From NCBI RefSeq assembly GCF_964355755.1, contig NC_092674.1, forward strand, positions 14,508,001 to 14,572,000: DNA of 64,000 bases, in the 5' to 3' direction. Under the pieces are notes generated by a model. It saw only the letters and a program-made list of their open reading frames with translations, ran no database searches and was not told the origin of the DNA. The translations under genes and the position numbers were made by a program. The DNA is from Antedon mediterranea. Its lineage: Eukaryota; Animalia; Echinodermata. This document shows positions 56,994 to 64,000 of this stretch, piece by piece; position 1 is the first letter of the stretch, and each line of letters opens with the position of its first letter.

Positions 56994-57356
56994 TATAAAA
57001 ATTTACCCTACAACAACTTTGAACCAGGGAGTTACAACTCCCTGTTTGAACGTAACAAAACACTCCGTTTCTTTACAAGAAGGTCAGGAAAATTTGTTTC
57101 TTCTCACCTAAGGTAAGGTTTTTCTTATTTATTGGATTTATTTTTCAATTTTATAAATGAATAAATCTCAAGTGAAAGTGGAATCGGACATTATTTATAC
57201 AAACATCAGACGATCTGTGATTTTGTAAACAATAGACGGAAAACAACGATCACTCCTGATCCTATTATTTCCGTTGTCACGTTTACTTTTTAATACGCAC
57301 TGTATCAAAACACACGTCACTTTACCGTCAAGACAACAAGGCCAGAACAGGTAAGC
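56994..57356 (+). promoter_or_regulatory. Candidate TATA promoter and non-coding first exon(s) of gene 3
   Basis: TATAAAA 56994-57000; strong donors AAG|gtaagg (57112) and CAG|gtaagc (57350). Gene 3 has an acceptor at 61407 just before its ATG. Confidence 0.5.
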
Positions 57357-58219
57357 TATCATAGGCCTACAAACTTAGCAGCCTTTAAGACGATATTGAG
57401 AGGCAGTTTTAGTTTCAATAGTCTACTCTGTTTCCTTTTATGTAGCTTGCGCAAATCTGATTCTATAATATTAGTTTGACGGAAGGGTTCTTTTGTAGTA
57501 AAAGAAAGTCTAAAAAAGAGTTGAAACAACTTCTGAACTGTATGTTTACATTATTATTACGTGCAACGTTTTGTAAACGAACATTTTAACTGGAGAAGGA
57601 AATAAAAGTGGATAGAACCTACATAAAATAAGAATTAAAAAAAACTATGTTTACTAATTAAGTTTAATTATTTGGAAAATTATCATTCATAAATATACTA
57701 TTATTATTATGCCAATTTTACCTAATTTGTACACATTTTTATTTTGTATTTATGTTTTGTTGGGTCTTTCTGAGACAGGCCTTGGCCTCTAAGTCTGATC
57801 CAAATTAATGAAATCATTATTTGTTTATATTGTTTACATTGTTTAAGTTTTCATTAATTGAATAAATGTGAAATGAAATGAAATGAAATGAATTATATTT
57901 TTTTCTTTATGATTAAAATGTACAAAACAAATACTATCTGTACTATATAGGCCTAGCTATTCTGTGCAGGGTCTACAGACTTTTTAGAAATCTAGGAAAA
58001 ACATTATTTTGTGTACAGTAAGTATTGAACTGTTAATTTACGTACACCTAAACAGAGAAACAATCGCCTTTTTTATTACGTTTACAGTAATTATAAATGA
58101 CTGGATTTTACCAAAAAAAACATAATTATGCTTCAATAAATTATTTAAAAAAACACGATTGTAATGTTTTGTAACTACAGTACTGTGGAGTAGCTTTGCG
58201 TCAGGGTGTTGAGTAATTG

Positions 58220-59064
58220 TTTTTAGTCGCGTGGAAGCGACTCTATAGTTCACTATGTCGGTCGGTCGGTCGGTCTGTCTGTCTGTCTGTCTGTCGGTCT
58301 GTCTGTCGGTCTGTCTGTCTGTCTGTCTGTCTGTCGGTCCGGTATCACTATGCGTTTTATCGCTTTCTGACCTTATCTTGATATCAGTTTAATCTAGCTA
58401 GGTCAATTTTTCACAGTATATTCCTTATGGCCAGGAATCAATGTGGTTATGTTTTCACGGTGCGCAATAAAAAATTACGCGGTCTATGCACGATTTAACG
58501 AAATCACGTTTGTAATCATATCTTCACAACCATGAATCACAATTAAATAAAATTTGGTACTCATAAATTTCAGGGCATAAATCATCATATGACAATACAA
58601 TTACGTGCGTAGCGCATGTAACGCATGCGTACGCGCGCTTAACATTTTCAAAATTTATTTTCGATGAAATAAGAGTACATTTCAGGCAATTCTAAGCGTT
58701 TACAAAATTGCCATGAGTGCGCATATTTTTGCGCGCGTACTGCGCGTTAAATGTTATTGCGCACTCTTTTTGCCCCATTTCTGTTTTCTTGACTTACTTT
58801 TCAACTCGAAATTACGTTATACGAGCACGTCGAAAGTGACAGGCTACGCACGTGTAAATTAAAAAAAAATAAATGTTTTTAAACATTTCAACATTTTTAA
58901 ACATGTTCAGTAATTTCGGTCAGTATAGTTCACTATGTCGGTCGGTCGGTCTCTCTGTCTGTCTGTCTGTCTGTCGGTCTGTCTGTCGGTCTGTCGGTCT
59001 GTCGGTCTGTCTGTCGGTCCGGTATCACTATGCATTGTAGCACGCGACTTAATGGTTGGTTGGT
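58220..59064 (+). mobile_element. HINE/DINE-1-like element with duplicated head
   Basis: Same family as 34179-34909; the head tatagttcactatgtcgg-(GTCT)n-ccggtatcactatgc recurs at 58924-59033. Confidence 0.88.
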
Positions 59065-59210
59065 AATTGTTGTGTAACTACTGTTGAGTAGCTTTGCGTC
59101 AGGGTGTTGAGTAATTGTTTTGCTACTGTGGAGTAGCTTTGCGTCAAGGTTTCGAGTAATTGTTGTGTAACTACTGTTGAGGAGCTTTGCGTCAGGGTGT
59201 TGAGTAATTG
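59063..59210. repeat. Tandem repeat of about 46-48 bp interrupted by the HINE
   Basis: tactgtKgagtagctttgcgtcagggtgttgagtaattg occurs once at 58181-58219 and three times after the element. Confidence 0.85.
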
Positions 59211-59788
59211 AACAGATGTTTTGCCCTACTATGTACTTTACTAAGTAGGCCTACATTGAGAAAAAAAGCATGTTACCTTATTTTTTATTTATTTATTTTT
59301 TTATTTTTTCATGTTCCTTAAATACTTTTTTATATATCGTTGTTTTTATTTTGTATGGTTGCCCACTGATTCTAAAGTGAGTGTAGTGTAGTGTGTCGTT
59401 GTAGCCCGCCAGTCCATTTTTGAAGACTGTTAAACTATTGTTTGTTTTGTCTGGAGCGGAGAGACACGTCCTTTGGCGACAGCTCTTGAATAATAAAAAA
59501 AAAACACCTATACAGTAATAGGCAGATTCTAGTATTATTAGATCTCAAACAGTGTACGTTTGAAACGCCATGTGTGCCAAAAGATATTTAGCGTTTTAGC
59601 AATCGCCGTCTACAGCAAATACTATATAGTATATAATATTATAAATATATAATAAAAAATGCACAAATAAAAAACAACGAGGACGGAATAAACATCAAAT
59701 AAAGAGACAGGACACACATTCAAAAACTCATTAGCTGTGTTCTGTGTCTTTATTGGAGTTAAGCTCGTTTTAATGAAATTTTGTTTAA

Positions 59789-60076
59789 AGATGTATTGTC
59801 CCCCTGAAAAAATAATTCTTAAACAAATTTTTGTTGAATATTCCATTTGAAAAAAATATAATTTAAAGCAAAAAATTGTTAAATTGGCTGCCAGCCAATG
59901 GATTTTTGGTTGAATTTAATCATTTCTTTTGTCATTTTATAAGGGAAACATACATTATATTTGTTTTCGTTTTCTTTTTCTATGGAAGTGATTACTTTTT
60001 TTAAACTACAAAAAACATATTCAAAGTCTAATTTAATTAATCTTCATTTTTCATGTTTTTGGGGGACAATACATCT
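59789..60076. mobile_element. Kolobok-type MITE
   Basis: TTAA|agatgtattgtcccc ... ggggacaatacatct|TTAA. An inverted relative lies at about 13170-13443 and a terminus at about 25045-25068. Confidence 0.8.
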
Positions 60077-61421
60077 TTAAATTGTTATCACACTTTATAA
60101 TGAGAGGGTGAAACAAGATACAGTAATACTACATACAAATTAAAAACGCCCAAACAAGAATTAAGTAAATATAACAACAGGTGCCCCTATCCGAGCAAGG
60201 TATAAAAGCATAATATTATACCCGAGTACAAATTGAGCAAATAATATTGAATTGAGCAAATATGGCAGTAGCGGAATTTACGGAGATAAAACAATATTTA
60301 CCTAGGGTTTAATAACCGGAATTTACATGACAAAATTAAAGACGATGATAAGGAGTGTTTTCGTAATCTTTTTTTTTTGTGTTAAATATAGATGTTGTGG
60401 TATATGCGGTAAGAGCATGTTATTATTATACAGTTAGTACAGTACTGTCGTTCCAAAATTCAGTGTTTTATTTCGTAATTACAAAATGCGCAGTCAGATG
60501 TAAAGCATCTTCTATATTGTACTCAAACTGAGAATATTCAACCAATATGCATATACATACATTTAGTTTATGTTAGTATTATTAGGTCAAAAATGTTTGA
60601 TTCAAGATTTTTGTGTAAAGAGAAAGTGTATTTAATTAGTGTAAACCCTAACCGCATAATCCCCAATGTATTATTAACTACACGTATATTGGAATACCAC
60701 TTCCTTCTTCAATTGTCATCCCACGACTACGGAAACCGTTTATATCATTTGCCAGTAGCCCACATACAAATTGCAGGTAGGCATAGTTTATTACAATTAG
60801 TATGCCTAAATATATACATGTGGTTGATTAAGTTATAGTGTATAGTGTTTTTTTCAAGGATATGAGTTTTGGTAGGTGGAATCCGGATCAAACGCCTGCG
60901 TGCAGCTTCTGAAAATGCAGTTTATTGATTTGCTCCCTCCGTTTGGGATAACAAATATTCTTCAATGCTACAACCTCCAATCCTTGTTGCATTCTCCAAT
61001 ACAATCAATTTCAGTAAAAGTTACATGATCACATCTATAAAAATATACAGTATAACTAAACTTATCTAGTGATGGGGCCTTTATGGGGTGTTTTTTTCCT
61101 GCGGAACTTTTTAAGACTACAAAATGGCCTATTCAAAATCTGATTTATTAATCTTCGTCATATACTGTACCTTTAAAGCGAAATTAAGTGTAAACAATAG
61201 TTTCATTGTGCTACAATTTTCCTCAATGGACATTCTTTTATCATCAATTGGCCAATAGAGACAAGGTATTGTCGAACAATTCATTACTCATCCTTCTTCC
61301 GGTTCCGCCTTTATTACATAAAAGCAATTGACACAAGGGTGTTACTCCATTCACATCCCAAAGCCGTGTGCGTGTGTACATTAGCAATTTGACTTCTTTT
61401 TTTTCAGTTGAAATTCACAAC

Positions 61422-62184
61422 ATGAGATCAATTAATGGATGCTGCTTGTTTGTGCTGATTACGTTAACGATTAGCCAGCATGCATACGGTGCTTCTAAGA
61501 GCAGAACCTCCACGTCAGCTCAGATTTCAGACCTATCAAGAAAGCTAAGTCGTCTTGAGCAAAAAGTATCCACATTACAGAGAGATGTTGATCTTTTGAA
61601 GAAAACCAATGGTCAGCTAACAAATAGCATCAAGACAGCAAATAATGAAATTCAACGAGTAAGTACAAGAAATAACGAACTTCAGCAGATGTTAGACCAG
61701 TTTGAGAAGTTCTTTGGTACATTGTATTCGGAATCAGACATTTTTGATAATCCAATTGCAACCAGTGTCGATAAGAAGTTAAACGAGCTTAATACATATA
61801 TCGGTAACAAGGAAGCAACGCTGATAGAAGCTAACCCAAATTACGTATACACAGTGTTAGGAGTTGAACCCGAGAAAACGGAGGCCAACGTCACAGATGA
61901 ATTGGTTGAAAAAGCAGTTGTCCAACTTGCAACGGATAACGCTGAAATGCAAAAGAAGGTAAATGATCTAGAAGCTCGTGTAGCGGAGGTAGATAAATCA
62001 TCTAGCCGAGGAATAAATGCTGATGACTTTGGTTTAACAAATGATCGATTGGATAAGTTGGAAGACATTGTTTCCAGGATAATTGAACTTGACCAGCCTA
62101 ATACTGCTGCACGTACCACTGAGCAACAGCAAATCTATGATGATATGATCGAGGACGTCTTTATTACAGAAAGATCAGTTTCTA
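61422..62184 (+). CDS. C1q-domain gene 3, coding exon 1: signal peptide plus long coiled coil
   Basis: Acceptor (t)ncag at 61407; MRSINGCCLFVLITLTISQHAYG signal; clear heptads ISDLSRKLSRLEQKVSTLQRDVDLLKKTNGQL; phase-1 donor TCT A|gtaagt. Confidence 0.92.
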
Positions 62185-62605
62185 GTAAGTAAAAAATATT
62201 TGAAAACGTTGTTTTAGTCATATAAATCCGATTTTTTTTTAAAGACAGATTTTAGTTTTCTATCAGATCATAAGAAATGTGTAAGTAGTTTTGTATCTCA
62301 TAAGTAAGCTAAACCCAATTTCCGAAAGGTCATCGTTTGTCTCTAAATGCGACGATTCGACACTGCATATTCCATGGGAAGACTGTTGTCCAACGAAAAG
62401 CGCTTTAATATCATTCGGGTTTAGGGAGAGCCCTGCCTGCGTCACCAAAACTACATTATGCCAGGCTATTCCATGTAAACAGTCTATAATAATACATGTG
62501 CTTTCTAATTTTTGTTTCTGACTTCCAATGATTAATTACCCCTCTATTTATTATCTAATTATGTCATACTGTAACTCATAATATTTATATATACATTTTT
62601 TTAAG

Positions 62606-62774
62606 CCTCTAGAAAATCTGTGTTCTCTGCGTCAAGATCTACTGAACTTTTAGGAACTGTTTACTCTCAAGTCATCACTTTTGATTTTGATCATGTCAAC
62701 AAAGGTCGCGACTTTGTGTCTAAAAATGGTACATTTCACTGCCAATGGACTGGTTACTACTTTTTCACATTTAC
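62606..62774 (+). CDS. C1q-domain gene 3, coding exon 2: N-terminal half of gC1q (absent from the ORF track)
   Basis: ttaag|CC TCT AGA AAA reads SRKSVFSASRSTELLG...VITFDFDHVNKGRDF...GTFHCQWTGYYFFTFT; donor AC|gtaagt; 169 nt, same length as gene 2 exon 2. Confidence 0.93.
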
Positions 62775-62977
62775 GTAAGTATTACTTGGCACAAATCACG
62801 TACAAATAATTAAAGGAATTTGAAAGCAATAGAGCTATTACGTTATTATTATTATTGTTATTATTATTATTCATTGCTTCGTTTTAGTTACAGTTTATTC
62901 AATTTCAACGGATTTGTTATAACTTTACTATGCGTAGACTTACATTGACAAAACTCGTATTATTATTTTTTTTTCAG

Positions 62978-63230
62978 ATTACGTACACATGACGGTCATT
63001 TCATGGGAGTAAATTTGATAAAAACCAGTGGGAAGAACCATACTGTTATTACATCAATATACACAGATGCCCACTCTCGCAACACTATGGAAACACAAAG
63101 CATAGCTGTACATTTAAAAGCTGGAGATATTGTATGGTTACGACTGGGACCATCAGATCGATTCGCCGTATACAGTGACGAATTTCGTTACATCACATTC
63201 ACTGGCTTTTTGATATACAAAGGCAACTAA
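62978..63230 (+). CDS. C1q-domain gene 3, coding exon 3: C-terminal half of gC1q
   Basis: ttttcag|A TTA CGT reads LRTHDGHFMGVNL...RNTMETQSIAVHLKAGDIVWLRLGP...YITFTGFLIYKGN*. Joined CDS is 1185 nt, in frame. Confidence 0.94.
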
Positions 63231-63934
63231 TAATACAAAAGAACTTTGACCAAACAAAAAAACGTACTAATACCCTGTGGTGTTTTTTGTTTTATTACAA
63301 ACCACAGTTTTAAAAGTACTCTGTATATCAATCAAAATTCCAATCTATGATGGGTGTCAGAAATGTTTCTTGCTTGCAGTGAAGACAATGCCGAAGCTCT
63401 TGGGATTGCTATGCGTTTTAACTTGATAGAATGTCCTTATGTATATAACCCAATTAATCGTTGTAAATCTGTAGCTAACGTATTTTTAGACATTGTGTTT
63501 ATTGTTTTGAATACTACAGTAACATCGTCCTATTTCAGCAATAAATGTAGAATGGAACAATTTTTAATTTTGCTTATTTATACCAGGGAGTTGTTATTAT
63601 GTCTAATAACAACTCCCTGTTTATACCATTGCTATCAATCGCCATAATTGAGGAACTGAAAACCAAAGTAATCTGTTGTTTATTTATTCCTTATTATATG
63701 TATTAATATTTAAAACCGTTTGAACTTCACATTAGGAACATAATGTACTTACAGATCGGTAAAATTATTCCATGACATCCTAAATTTATCTTTCATATTA
63801 AACACCATTTTTGTTTATATTTAGATTATTTTCTACTCTCCACCAGCATGTGCCTTTGTTTTTATTTTTTATTCCAGTTCATTTTGGCGGAGGAGCCCAT
63901 GAATGCTTTATATTCTCTATCGAAGTATTCATAT

Positions 63935-63976
63935 TTGCACTGATGAAGGGCTAGTGTTGTCCGAGAAGCCCAGCAA
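63935..63976 (+). ncRNA. Degenerate Penelope-type hammerhead ribozyme
   Basis: ttgca-CTGATGA-a-gggc(tagtgtt)gtcc-GAGAA-gccc-agcaa; the second box is interrupted. Confidence 0.45.
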
Positions 63977-64000
63977 TCTTCTTTAGCTGTTTTACTTTAT

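Noticed and set aside
61368-61421. N-terminal extension of the 274-aa ORF
   Set aside because: Starts at a GTG in the intron and crosses the acceptor at 61407; the signal peptide begins at ATG 61422.
62263-62521. Intronic ORFs and a possible 14-nt microexon (62267-62280) in gene 3
   Set aside because: The microexon would break the frame, and I recognise no protein family in the ORFs.

Overview
AT-rich, intron-containing animal DNA; the repeat content suggests an echinoderm, probably a crinoid (recall-based inference, not verified). It holds three spliced genes for secreted C1q-domain proteins: gene 1 on the minus strand, join(12205-11437, 11104-10945, 5887-5635), 393 aa; gene 2 on the plus strand, join(47956-48934, 49103-49271, 49792-50035), 463 aa; gene 3 on the plus strand, join(61422-62184, 62606-62774, 62978-63230), 394 aa. 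All three have a signal peptide, a coiled-coil stalk with no collagen, a CTRP4/CTRP6-like gC1q head, and the same phase-1 and phase-2 introns. The rest is a mosaic of transposon debris: CR1/L2-group and RTE LINE fragments, Deu-domain SINEs, Helentron-type HINEs, Harbinger, Kolobok and MULE non-autonomous elements, minisatellites and long hairpins. The least expected signals are 20-36 bp CA...TG palindromes with 7-bp target duplications that look like P/Galileo-type excision footprints (one at the predicted gene 3 start site), a 150-bp inverted-repeat element carrying a hammerhead ribozyme, strong enrichment of TAGGCCTA, and two convergent tRNA-like genes next to a MULE insertion.
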